From positions 45,356-109,355 of the forward strand of contig CABYLY010000002.1 in NCBI GenBank assembly GCA_902519945.1: a DNA stretch of 64,000 nucleotides, read 5' to 3'. Positions 30,567 to 40,150 of this stretch are shown here, piece by piece; the stretch's first letter is position 1; every line of letters begins with the position of its first letter. The position numbers and the translations under genes were made by a program. Source of the stretch: an uncultured Pelagibacteraceae bacterium. GTDB lineage: Bacteria > Pseudomonadota > Alphaproteobacteria > Pelagibacterales > Pelagibacteraceae. The notes under the pieces are model-generated. The model did no database searches, was not told where the DNA came from, and saw only the letters and a program-made list of their open reading frames with translations.

Positions 30567-31055
30567 ATGTTTAAATTAAAAGTTGAGTTTTATCTTAAAA
30601 CAATTTTCTTATTTAGTGTTATCGCTTTAAGTACTGCTTTTTTCATAGAATATATATTAGGACATCAGCCTTGCAATTTATGTATATTAGAAAGAATTCC
30701 TTATGGGTTAAGTTTGGTTTTAATATCCACAATATTCATTTTAAGAAAAAATGAAAAATTCTTTATTTTATTGTTAATTATTACTTTTGTATTTTCTCTG
30801 GCAATTTCCTTTTATCACTATGGCATTGAACAAGGTTTTTTCAAAGAATCAGCAGTTTGTGGTGTAAAAGATTTTACCGAGAATATTACAAAAGAGGATC
30901 TACTTAAACAATTAAGTGAAAAAACTGTAAGCTGTAAAGATGTGACATTTAGAATTTTGGGATTATCTCTTACAAGTATTAATATTGTAATTAGTATAAT
31001 ATTTATTATAACCCTTACGAAAATTTATAACAATTATGAAAAAAACAAACAATAG
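30567..31055 (+). CDS. dsbB: Disulfide bond formation protein DsbB
   Basis: PCNLCILER and a second Cys pair; four TM segments. Confidence 0.88.
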   Translation: MFKLKVEFYLKTIFLFSVIALSTAFFIEYILGHQPCNLCILERIPYGLSLVLISTIFILRKNEKFFILLLIITFVFSLAISFYHYGIEQGFFKESAVCGVKDFTENITKEDLLKQLSEKTVSCKDVTFRILGLSLTSINIVISIIFIITLTKIYNNYEKNKQ

Positions 31056-31566
31056 AGTTGAAGAATTTATTAGAGTTGATCATGCTGGTGAAAGAGGTGC
31101 TGTCAAAATATACGAGGGCCAACTATTAGCTTTAAATACTATTGTAAAAAATGATAATTTGAAAAAAACAATTGAAGATATGAAAGAACACGAAATTGAA
31201 CATTGTCAATTTTTTGAAGAAGAAATTAAAAAAAGAAACATTGAACCAACAAAGTTTTTACCTTTGTGGGATCTTCTTGGAATAGGTTTAGGTTTTGGAT
31301 CTACAATACTTGGTAAAAAAGCTGCAATGTTGTGCACAGCTTCTGTTGAAGAAGTTATTGATAAACATTACCAGGATCAAATTAATCAACTTGGTCCAGA
31401 TGAAAAAAATCTCAAAAAAAAAATTATAAAATTTAGAGATGATGAATTACATCATAAGAATATAGCTTATGAAAAAGGTGCTACAAAAAAAGGGCTCTAC
31501 TCTATTATGGACAAAATTATTAAGACAGGATCAAAAATAGCAATTCGTATTTCAGAAAAAGTTTAA
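31036..31566 (+). CDS. coq7: Demethoxyubiquinone hydroxylase (Coq7, di-iron)
   Basis: IRVDHAGERGA, EIEH, VEEVIDKHY, DELHH. Confidence 0.92.
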   Translation: MKKTNNRVEEFIRVDHAGERGAVKIYEGQLLALNTIVKNDNLKKTIEDMKEHEIEHCQFFEEEIKKRNIEPTKFLPLWDLLGIGLGFGSTILGKKAAMLCTASVEEVIDKHYQDQINQLGPDEKNLKKKIIKFRDDELHHKNIAYEKGATKKGLYSIMDKIIKTGSKIAIRISEKV

Positions 31567-31568
31567 AT

Positions 31569-32138
31569 TTAAGGCTCTAATTCAACATCCCAATATAAAT
31601 AGTCCATCCAGCTTTTGTGTAAGTAATTTGGTGGAAAATTTTTTCCATTACGGTGTAAATCTTCAGTAGAAGGTTGGTAGGGATATTGTGTAAGTTTCAT
31701 TCCAGAAGATTTCAATAACTTTCCTCCTTTTTTGACATTACAAGATGAACATGCTGTAACGACATTATCCCAGTTTGTTTCACCACCTTTAGACCTTGGT
31801 AATAAGTGATCAAAAGTTAATTCATCATTACTACCACAATATTGACATGAGAATTTATCTCTTAAAAAAACATTAAATCTTGTGAAACTAGGTTTTGATT
31901 GCGGTACAATATAATCTTTCAAAGCTATTACGCTTGGCAATTGCATGTCAAATGACGGGCTTCTTACTACTCTGTCATAACTGCTAACTATAACAACACG
32001 GTCTAAAAAGACAGATTTTACTGTATCTTGCCATGACCATAAAGATAAAGGATAATAGCTTAATGGTCTGTAATCTGCATTTAAAACTAGCGCAGGACAT
32101 CTTTCTAAAGACACATCTTGTTCAGTAAAACTATTCAT
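31569..32138 (-). CDS. HNH endonuclease, conserved alphaproteobacterial type
   Basis: PALVLNADYRPLSYYPLS; RDKFSCQYCG...TFDHLLPRSKGG...NVVTACSSCN. Confidence 0.9.
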   Translation of the reverse strand: MNSFTEQDVSLERCPALVLNADYRPLSYYPLSLWSWQDTVKSVFLDRVVIVSSYDRVVRSPSFDMQLPSVIALKDYIVPQSKPSFTRFNVFLRDKFSCQYCGSNDELTFDHLLPRSKGGETNWDNVVTACSSCNVKKGGKLLKSSGMKLTQYPYQPSTEDLHRNGKNFPPNYLHKSWMDYLYWDVELEP

Positions 32139-32181
32139 ATTTAAACATTAGCTTAAATAAAAAAATATTTCAATCAAGCGT

Positions 32182-32835
32182 TTAATTAAGTTTTTTTAAA
32201 ATATATTTTAAAGCTATACTCGAAGCCTCTGATGGAATGAAATGATCACAATTTTTAATTAAATGTGTCTCAATTGATACATCATTTCTAATCAAAAAGT
32301 CTTTAGCCTCTAACAAAAAATTAGGTGAGACAACTTGATCAGAGTCTCCATGAATTAATATTGTACTTGTTGAAACTTTCTTTCTTGATTTTAAATCGCT
32401 TTGATTTATTATTTTGCCAGAAAAACCTACTATACAATTGAATTCTTCATTAGCAGTCAAACCTATGTTTAAGGACATCATACACCCCTGACTAAAACCA
32501 GATAGACAAATTTTTTTATTTTCAATTTTAAATTCATCTTTAATTTGGTTAATAAAATTATTCAATTTTTTTTCTGCTCTTAAAGACTGCTCAAGAATAT
32601 AATTTGGATCATCTTTTGTTAAATCAAACCATTGGAAACCAGAAGGATTAATAGGACAAGGCTCATGGCCATTTGGACATAAAAAAATTGTATTGGGCAA
32701 AAATCTTTTCCAATTCATGGTTAGCATACTAATATCTTTGCCATCGCCACCATAACCATGAAGAAGGATGATCGCATTTTTTATTTCTTTTCCCTCTTCA
32801 GGTTTTATGATAATTGAGTCTAGACAAAATGTCAT
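32182..32835 (-). CDS. Phospholipase/carboxylesterase
   Basis: LHGYG, GFSQG nucleophile, HGDSD. Confidence 0.88.
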   Translation of the reverse strand: MTFCLDSIIIKPEEGKEIKNAIILLHGYGGDGKDISMLTMNWKRFLPNTIFLCPNGHEPCPINPSGFQWFDLTKDDPNYILEQSLRAEKKLNNFINQIKDEFKIENKKICLSGFSQGCMMSLNIGLTANEEFNCIVGFSGKIINQSDLKSRKKVSTSTILIHGDSDQVVSPNFLLEAKDFLIRNDVSIETHLIKNCDHFIPSEASSIALKYILKKLN

Positions 32836-32890
32836 ACTATTACTATATAAGTTATGTTTTTTTATTTTAAAAAGAATCTACATTAAAATT

Positions 32891-33094
32891 ATGATTTCTG
32901 GAATATTAGTTAAGATATTATCTATAGTTTTGCTTTTAACAGTGGGTATTGTGCTGATACTTGGTATTGGTACTTTATTTAAAGGTGGTGAAACAAGTAA
33001 AAAATATTCTAATAAACTTATGCAATTAAGAGTGTTGTTACAATTCTTAGCAATAATAGCTTTAGTCTGTTTTGCTTATTTTTTTAAAGATTAA
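32891..33094 (+). CDS. Twin-transmembrane small protein (HIG1-like)
   Basis: SNKLMQLRVLLQ motif, two TM helices; start re-called at MISGILV. Confidence 0.8.
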   Translation: MISGILVKILSIVLLLTVGIVLILGIGTLFKGGETSKKYSNKLMQLRVLLQFLAIIALVCFAYFFKD

Positions 33095-33600
33095 TTATAT
33101 TTACTTAACCACTGAATAAATTTTTGACTTTCAAAATCAATGGATCCAATAATTCTAGCAAATTCGTACCCATCTTTATTGATCAAAATCGTAGTTGGTA
33201 TACCTCTTAACTGGAACTTTTTTGCTAATGTTATCGTTGTATCAAAATAGATATTTAAAGTTTGAATATCTAGTTCTTCAAAAAAATCTTTAGCTTTTTT
33301 TTTGTTATCCTGACCAACATTTATCGGAAAAATTTGAAGATTATTCAAATTTTTATTCGATTGTAGTGAGTCTAAAGAAGGCATTTCTTCTTTACATGGA
33401 GCACACCAGGAAGCCCAGAAATTCAATAAAACAAGTTTCCCTCGATAATCATCTAAATTAACTTGTTTTTTGTCAGAATCTAGAAATGATAAATCTTCGT
33501 ATTTTTTTTGGTCTTTTTTAATTATAAGATTTTTAAAATCAGTTGTTTCATCAGCAAATGAGTTAGACAACAAAAAAATAAGTATTATTAATATTCTCAT
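33091..33600 (-). CDS. tlpA: TlpA-family thiol-disulfide reductase
   Basis: LNFWASWCAPCKEEMP, GIPTT; N-terminal signal. Confidence 0.88.
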   Translation of the reverse strand: MRILIILIFLLSNSFADETTDFKNLIIKKDQKKYEDLSFLDSDKKQVNLDDYRGKLVLLNFWASWCAPCKEEMPSLDSLQSNKNLNNLQIFPINVGQDNKKKAKDFFEELDIQTLNIYFDTTITLAKKFQLRGIPTTILINKDGYEFARIIGSIDFESQKFIQWLSKYN

Positions 33601-33623
33601 GTTAAAAGATATAATTAAATATC

Positions 33624-35015
33624 ATGTCAAAAATTAAAAACAACCAGTCAATATGGAGCACTAGAATAAAAAAAAATAATTCTAGTTTATTTCAAAAAGT
33701 TGGAAATTCCATAGACATTGATAAACGTCTTTACAATGAGGATATTAAAGCTTCTATCGTTCATGTTGAAATGCTTTTTAAACAAAAAATAATTTCTTTT
33801 AAAATCAAAAACAAAATTGTTTATGGTTTAAATAAAATTCAAAAAGAAATAACAAATAAAAAATTTGAATTTAACAAAAAATACGAGGATATTCATATGA
33901 ATATTGAAAAAAGACTATTTCAAATTATAGGTGAAGATGCGGGTTATGTTCACACGGCAAGATCAAGAAATGATCAAGTAATTACTGATTTTAAAATTTG
34001 GATAAAAAATTCAACCTATGACATTAATGACAATATTAGTAAAATTATAAGAAGCACAATTAAGTTAGCTGAAAAAAATATCGAAACTATTATGCCAGGT
34101 TTTACACATCTTAAAAATGCACAAGTCATATCTTTTGCACATTATTTAATGTCTTATGTAGAAATGTTTAATAGAGATAAAAAAAGATTTTTTAATAATC
34201 TAGATAATTTAAACGAAAATCCTTTAGGTGTTGCTGCTTTAGCTGGTACATCATTTAATATAGATAGAAATTTCACATCAAAAAAACTTGGTTTTCAAAG
34301 ACCAACTAATAATTCTATCGACACAGTTTCAGATAGAGATTTTGTTTTAGACTTTTTATTTGCTGCCTCCTTATGTGCGATGCATATTTCTAGAATAGCT
34401 GAAGAACTTATTATTTGGAATTCTGATGGTTTTAATTTAATAAAACTGTCAGACAAAGTTGTGACTGGATCATCTATAATGCCTCAAAAAAAAAATCCTG
34501 ACCTTTTAGAATATCTTCGAGGAAAATCAGGAACCATTTACGGAAATTTATTTTCTATGCTTACAATATTAAAAGGTTTACCATTGTCTTATTTTAAAGA
34601 TTTACAGGATGATAAAGAAATTCTTTTCAAATCTTATGATAATTTAAATAATTGTCTTAAAATTTTTGATGAAATTCTTAAAAATTTTTCACCAAATAAA
34701 AACAAAATGTTAGAACTTGCTAATTCAGGATACACAACAGCGACTGATTTGGCAGATTATCTTGTTCAAAATCATTCAATGTCATTTAGAAAGGCATATC
34801 AAAAAACTGCAGCTGTAGTTAACTATGCGGAAAAGAAAAAAAAGAAATTGAATGAGCTGTCTATTGAAGAATTAAAAAAGATCGAGCCTAAACTTAAAGA
34901 TGATGTTTTGAAAGTATTTAATTTAAAAAATTCAATTAATTCAAAAAAATCATATGGTGGAACTTCTTTTGATAATATTAAAAAAATGATAATGAAATAT
35001 AAAAAAGAAAAATGA
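33624..35015 (+). CDS. argH: Argininosuccinate lyase
   Basis: EDIH, HTARSRNDQ, GSSIMPQKKNPD. Confidence 0.97.
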   Translation: MSKIKNNQSIWSTRIKKNNSSLFQKVGNSIDIDKRLYNEDIKASIVHVEMLFKQKIISFKIKNKIVYGLNKIQKEITNKKFEFNKKYEDIHMNIEKRLFQIIGEDAGYVHTARSRNDQVITDFKIWIKNSTYDINDNISKIIRSTIKLAEKNIETIMPGFTHLKNAQVISFAHYLMSYVEMFNRDKKRFFNNLDNLNENPLGVAALAGTSFNIDRNFTSKKLGFQRPTNNSIDTVSDRDFVLDFLFAASLCAMHISRIAEELIIWNSDGFNLIKLSDKVVTGSSIMPQKKNPDLLEYLRGKSGTIYGNLFSMLTILKGLPLSYFKDLQDDKEILFKSYDNLNNCLKIFDEILKNFSPNKNKMLELANSGYTTATDLADYLVQNHSMSFRKAYQKTAAVVNYAEKKKKKLNELSIEELKKIEPKLKDDVLKVFNLKNSINSKKSYGGTSFDNIKKMIMKYKKEK

Positions 35016-35143
35016 TAAAAAAAATTGCTTTAATTATATTATTATTTTGCGCGGTTATTTCTTGTGGCAAGAAAGGTGATCCCGAGTATATAGATCCTAA
35101 CAAAAAAGTAATGTCACAAAAAATTTTAACTAGTGTATCTTAA
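35012..35143 (+). CDS. 43-aa lipoprotein, LptM/YifL/LppL-like
   Basis: MIKKIALIILLFCAVIS-CGKKGDP...; lipobox-like Cys with CGxKG; ATGA overlap with argH and TAATG overlap with lysA; not in ORF track. Confidence 0.8.
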   Translation: MIKKIALIILLFCAVISCGKKGDPEYIDPNKKVMSQKILTSVS

Positions 35144-36357
35144 TGAAATATAAAAATAAAAAACTAACAATAGAAAAGGTTAATTTCCAAAAAATTGCGA
35201 ATAAATTTGGGACACCTTTTTATTCATATTCATATTCAAAATTACAAGAAAATGTTGCAAATTTTAAAAATTCATTCAAAACATTTTCTCCATTAATCTG
35301 TTTCGCAATAAAATCTAATACGAATATAAATTTAATTCGAGAAATAAGAAAACTTGGATTAGGAGCAGATGTCGTCTCGATTGGAGAGCTAATGTTGGCC
35401 CTAAAGGCTGGAATAAAACCAAAAAAAATAGTGTTTTCCGGAGTTGGTAAAACATCAACCGAAATAAGTTTTGCAATCGAAAAAAAAATTTTACTTATTA
35501 ATGCAGAATCATTAAGTGAAATAAAGGAAATAAACAGAATTGCAAAATCTAAAAATAGAAGAATAAAAATTGGTGTAAGACTAAATCCTAACACAGACGC
35601 TAAAACACTTAATCAAATCTCTACTGGTAAAAAAGAAAATAAATTTGGTGTAAACAAAAACACATTATACCAAATTGTAAATTATTGTAAAAATTCAAAA
35701 AATGTTGATTTAAAATGTTTGAGTGTTCATATAGGCAGTCAAATTTTAGACAATAAGCCATACGAAAAAATGCTGAGAGCTGTGAGTAAAATTTTAAGTC
35801 AAATTAATTACGACTTTGAATTTGTAGATTTAGGTGGAGGTATGGGCATTAAATACTCAAATAATAATAAAAAACTAAATTATAAAAAATATAATTCTTC
35901 TATATGTAAATTTCTAGATAAGCATAAAGTTAAAATTATATTTGAACCAGGTAGATCAATTATAGGCAATACTGGAACATTGGTTACTAAAGTGATTTAT
36001 ATAAAAGACAGTGGAAGAAAAAAATTTATAATTTTAGATGCAGCAATGAATGACTTGATGAGACCAGCTTTATATGGTGCATTACATAAAACTTTGCCTG
36101 TAACAAAGTCTAATCTAATGTCAAAAAAAACATATGAATTTGTTGGGCCTATCTGTGAAAGTACAGATAAATTTATTACATTAAAAAGATTTCAAAAATT
36201 AGAGGAAAAAGATCTAATTGCTATATGTGATGTAGGAGCTTATGGGATGTCACTTAGCTCAAATTATAATTTAAGACCAAAACCAATAGAGGTGTTAATT
36301 AAAGGATCCAAAATTATAGTAATAAGAAAAAGACAAAAGCATAAAGATATAATTTAG
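35143..36357 (+). CDS. lysA: Diaminopimelate decarboxylase
   Basis: FAIKSN, HIGSQ, DLGGG, EPGR, GPICESTD, GAYG. Confidence 0.96.
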   Translation: MKYKNKKLTIEKVNFQKIANKFGTPFYSYSYSKLQENVANFKNSFKTFSPLICFAIKSNTNINLIREIRKLGLGADVVSIGELMLALKAGIKPKKIVFSGVGKTSTEISFAIEKKILLINAESLSEIKEINRIAKSKNRRIKIGVRLNPNTDAKTLNQISTGKKENKFGVNKNTLYQIVNYCKNSKNVDLKCLSVHIGSQILDNKPYEKMLRAVSKILSQINYDFEFVDLGGGMGIKYSNNNKKLNYKKYNSSICKFLDKHKVKIIFEPGRSIIGNTGTLVTKVIYIKDSGRKKFIILDAAMNDLMRPALYGALHKTLPVTKSNLMSKKTYEFVGPICESTDKFITLKRFQKLEEKDLIAICDVGAYGMSLSSNYNLRPKPIEVLIKGSKIIVIRKRQKHKDII

Positions 36358-36360
36358 CTT

Positions 36361-37071
36361 TTGATAAAAATGATAAGAAATTTTTTATTTTCATTAATTT
36401 TTTTTACTGGAATTATTTTAATTTCAATAATTTTTTTGCCCTCTTTTTTTTTACCTAAACAGGTTGTGTTGATAGGTGGAAAATTAATGGGTTATTGGGC
36501 AGGGTTTTGTTTAAGATTTATTCTATCAGTTAAAATTTCTATTAAAGGAAAAGAAAATATTGTTACTAATGAAAAATTTTTTATTGCAGCATCTCATCAA
36601 TCAATGTTTGAAACCTTCTATTTACAAACAATATTTAAATCACCTGTATTTATTCTTAAAAAAGAATTGTTATGGATTCCAATATTTGGTTGGTATTTGA
36701 AAAAAATAGGATCAATATCAATAAAAAGGAATCAAGTTACAAAAGATAATTTAGGTTTTTTTGATCATATTTCAAAAATTGTAAATCAATCTGATAGACC
36801 ACTAATTATATTTCCTCAGGGAACTAGAGTTCTTCCAAACGAGAGGCCACCGTTTAAAAAAGGTGCATTTAGGATATATGAACAACTTAATATAGTCTGT
36901 CAACCAGTTGCTATTAACTCTGGATACGTTTGGCCAAAAAAAGGTCTTAAAAATAGAAATAAAGATATTGTAATCTCTATTTTAAAACCAATTCCAGCAG
37001 GATTAGATCGAGAAAATTTTATTCAAATTCTTGAAAAAGCTATTTATTCAGAGTTAGACACACTTAATTAA
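36361..37071 (+). CDS. plsC: 1-acyl-sn-glycerol-3-phosphate acyltransferase
   Basis: SHQSMFE, KKEL, IFPQGTR motifs; start may be ATG 36370. Confidence 0.85.
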   Translation: MIKMIRNFLFSLIFFTGIILISIIFLPSFFLPKQVVLIGGKLMGYWAGFCLRFILSVKISIKGKENIVTNEKFFIAASHQSMFETFYLQTIFKSPVFILKKELLWIPIFGWYLKKIGSISIKRNQVTKDNLGFFDHISKIVNQSDRPLIIFPQGTRVLPNERPPFKKGAFRIYEQLNIVCQPVAINSGYVWPKKGLKNRNKDIVISILKPIPAGLDRENFIQILEKAIYSELDTLN

Positions 37072-38180
37072 CCTTTCATAGGCATCACGACAAAGATACT
37101 ATCAAAATCTCCTGGGTCTTTGATCAACGCTGGAGAACTAGTATCATTAAAGTATATTTCCACCTTTTCTCCATCTAGTTGGGTTACTACATCAATTAAA
37201 TATCGTGAATTAAAACTAATTTCTAAATCATGATCAAACTTCACACTTAGACTCTCTTTTCCATCACCGCTGTTGGTGTTATTTACTGACAAATCTAGGT
37301 TACTTTTTGTTAAATTAAACTTTACGCCATCTTTTTTGTCAGATGAGACTGAGGCGACACGATCGACTGAATCTAAGAATAATTTTAGATCCACCTCTAA
37401 TTTTTTTTGATTATTTTTTGGTATTACTTGTATGTAATTAGGAAATTTACCATCTATTAACTTTGATATTAAAATACTTTTATTAAGCTCAAATTTTATT
37501 TTAGATTTAACATTCGAGATTAATACTTCTCCATCGTAATTATCTAATAAAGAACACAATTGAAAGATTGTTTTCTTAGGTAATATAATTGGTTCAAAAT
37601 CTATTTTTTGATCTAATCTTATCTTGGAAATTGACATCCTGTGACTGTCTGTAGCAACTGCTGTCAAATAATTTTTATCCTCTACTTCTGTTTGGTGAAA
37701 ATAAATCCCACTTAAATAATGTCTTGTTTCATCATTTGAGATCGAGAATTTACATTTATTGAGTAATTTTAAAAGATGTTTTGATTTTATTGAAAATTGA
37801 CTTTTATTAAAATTTTCCTCATTTAAAGGGAATTCAGAAGCTGGCATACAATTTAAATTAAAAAAAGATTTTTCAGACTCCAAATGGAGTTTACTTGAGT
37901 TTGTCAAGTTTAAACTAATTTTTTTTCCAGAGGAAAATTTTCTTACTATATCATACATAACTGATGATGTTGTTGTTGTTTTTCCTTCCTCTAAAATTTC
38001 AATATTATTGATTTCGTGAACAAATATTAAGTCTAAATCTGTAGCAGTTATTGTAAGTTTTGAATTTTGAGCATCTAATAGGATATTTGATAATATTGGT
38101 AATGTATTTCTTTTTTCGATAACACCCTGACAAAAATTTAACGCCTGCTGTAAGTCTTGTTGATTTATGTTAAATTTCAT
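37068..38180 (-). CDS. dnaN: DNA polymerase III beta clamp
   Basis: TLPILSN, ATDSHRM, GKFPNY, VVMPMK. Confidence 0.97.
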   Translation of the reverse strand: MKFNINQQDLQQALNFCQGVIEKRNTLPILSNILLDAQNSKLTITATDLDLIFVHEINNIEILEEGKTTTTSSVMYDIVRKFSSGKKISLNLTNSSKLHLESEKSFFNLNCMPASEFPLNEENFNKSQFSIKSKHLLKLLNKCKFSISNDETRHYLSGIYFHQTEVEDKNYLTAVATDSHRMSISKIRLDQKIDFEPIILPKKTIFQLCSLLDNYDGEVLISNVKSKIKFELNKSILISKLIDGKFPNYIQVIPKNNQKKLEVDLKLFLDSVDRVASVSSDKKDGVKFNLTKSNLDLSVNNTNSGDGKESLSVKFDHDLEISFNSRYLIDVVTQLDGEKVEIYFNDTSSPALIKDPGDFDSIFVVMPMKG

Positions 38181-39585
38181 TTTCTTTATAATTGTACAAT
38201 ATTTGATTTTTTAATTTATTTATATTCTCAACCATCTCAGGATCTTTGTCTTTCAATTTTTCGATTGTTTTAACTGAATGAATTATTGTTGTGTGATCTC
38301 TATTTGAAAATTCACGACCAATTTCAGGTAGTGACTTAGAGGTCAAAATCTTTGTCAAATATATAGCGGTTTGTCTGGGTCTCACTAAATATCTTGATCT
38401 TCTTGATGAAAGCATTTCATTTTTGCTAATCTTAAAAAATTTACAAACTAATGTTTGAATTAAATCAATCGTAACTTTATTTTCTGCAAGATTAAGTAGA
38501 TCCTTTAAAACAATTTTTATTTCTGCAAGATTTGGCATTTTGTTATAAATCCTTGAGAATGATACTGTTCTATTAATTGCACCTACCAATTCTCTTACGC
38601 TCGCAGTTATTTCTAAACTGATGAAATCTTGTATATCTTTTGAAATTTTGATTTGATCTGGGTATAAAGTGTTTAGTTCATCTATTTTTTTTTCAACTAT
38701 TTTTTTTCTTAATTCAAGATCTGGTTTTTGAATATCTACAACTAATCCTCCTGAAAATCTTGATTTAATCCTTTCTTGAATTCTAGATAGTTTATTTGGA
38801 GCTCTGTCTGCTGAAACAATAATTTTTGAGCCTTTATCAAGTAATGCATTAAAAGTATGAAAAAACTCCTCTTGCATTGCCTCTTTGCCATTCATAAATT
38901 GTATATCATCTATTAATAAAACATCTGTATTTCTGAAATATTCCTTAAATTTTACCATATCATTTGATTTAATAGATTTTACAAATTGATACATAAAGCG
39001 CTCCGCTGAAATAAACATAACTTTATTGGCTTTCTTTAATTCAATTCCTATAGAATTCAAAAGATGAGTTTTTCCCATCCCAACTCCCCCGTAAATATAA
39101 AGAGGGTTATAATTGGTTATATTTTCTGATGCTTTAATTGAAGCTTCATAGGCAAGTTTATTACTTGACCCTGTTATAAAATTATCAAACCTTTTATTAG
39201 GATCTATTCGATTATATTGAAGATATGAGTCTTTTATAAATGATACATTTTCTTTTTTTTCTAAAGATTTAAAATTTGAATTATTGTCATTTTTTTCATT
39301 AATTTTTTCGTCAATTTTAAACTCTATTCTCACAATTTCTTTTTTATGATTCTTAACAGCTGTAAGTATCTGATCTAAATATCTTGATGTAATCCAGTCT
39401 CTAATAAATCTTGTTGGTACAGATAATAATAAATAATTACTAAATTCTTCCACAAAAATAATCTTTTTTAACCAACTTTCATAAATCTCTACACCCAATT
39501 TATTTTTCATTTCAGATTGAATTTCAGTCCATTTAATTTTTTCGGATTTTATTTCTAAATTATTATTTATTTTTGAATTATTCAT
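38170..39585 (-). CDS. dnaA: Replication initiator DnaA
   Basis: NPLYIYGGVGMGKTHL, LLIDDIQF, RDHTTIIH. Confidence 0.98.
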   Translation of the reverse strand: MNNSKINNNLEIKSEKIKWTEIQSEMKNKLGVEIYESWLKKIIFVEEFSNYLLLSVPTRFIRDWITSRYLDQILTAVKNHKKEIVRIEFKIDEKINEKNDNNSNFKSLEKKENVSFIKDSYLQYNRIDPNKRFDNFITGSSNKLAYEASIKASENITNYNPLYIYGGVGMGKTHLLNSIGIELKKANKVMFISAERFMYQFVKSIKSNDMVKFKEYFRNTDVLLIDDIQFMNGKEAMQEEFFHTFNALLDKGSKIIVSADRAPNKLSRIQERIKSRFSGGLVVDIQKPDLELRKKIVEKKIDELNTLYPDQIKISKDIQDFISLEITASVRELVGAINRTVSFSRIYNKMPNLAEIKIVLKDLLNLAENKVTIDLIQTLVCKFFKISKNEMLSSRRSRYLVRPRQTAIYLTKILTSKSLPEIGREFSNRDHTTIIHSVKTIEKLKDKDPEMVENINKLKNQILYNYKENEI

Positions 39586-39808
39586 ATAACTGGAAGAAGT
39601 TCAGTTAGAACTATAATAGAAAATTTTTCAACAAATAATTTTAGAAATTAAAAAAAATATAAAATCTAGGATTGTTCAACTGACGTTATATAAAAAAAAT
39701 TTATTTTTTTTTATTAATAAAATTTATAATTGAATAAAATATATTTATTTATTTACTAAGTCTAAATATAGTATTTAAAAATACAATGATGTCAGATTGT
39801 GTAGCTCT

Positions 39809-39833
39809 AAAAGTTGTATCTCTAAACAACCTT
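39809..39833 (-). terminator. Putative rpsT terminator
   Basis: Minus strand AAGGTTGT-N8-ACAACTTTT just after the rpsT stop. Confidence 0.4.
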
Positions 39834-39839
39834 GAGAAA

Positions 39840-40100
39840 CTATAAAGACGCTATCTTTTTAGAAATTCTTGAGACATTCCTTGAAGCGTTTTTCTTTTTT
39901 ATTATTCCTGTCTTCGCTATTTTCATAAGTTCAGAATTCAACTTAGGTAAGAATTTAATCGCTTCAGACTTCTTTTTTTTTTCAATTAAAAGTTTCATTT
40001 TTTTTATTGCATTTTTGTATCTGCTTTTTCTGATTTTATTAACGGCAGTTTGTTTTGATATTCTTCTAATTCTTTTAATTGCAGACTTTGTATTGGCCAT
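39840..40100 (-). CDS. rpsT: 30S ribosomal protein S20
   Basis: MANTKSAIKRIR; true start 40100, not 40163. Confidence 0.96.
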   Translation of the reverse strand: MANTKSAIKRIRRISKQTAVNKIRKSRYKNAIKKMKLLIEKKKKSEAIKFLPKLNSELMKIAKTGIIKKKNASRNVSRISKKIASL

Positions 40101-40109
40101 GATTGCAGG

Positions 40110-40138
40110 GGTATAACTCTTGAATTTATATCGGTCAA
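40110..40138 (-). promoter_or_regulatory. Putative rpsT promoter
   Basis: TTGACC (40138-40133), N17, TATACC (40115-40110), 9 nt before ATG. Confidence 0.6.
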
Positions 40139-40150
40139 TCAAATAATTTA

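Noticed and set aside
39586-39839. AT-rich 254-bp spacer upstream of dnaA as possible oriC, plus a 6-bp hairpin beside the dnaA ATG
   Set aside because: No good TTATCCACA boxes (best is TTTTCAACA); alphaproteobacterial origins are often unlinked to dnaA; the hairpin is weak. A whole-genome GC skew would decide
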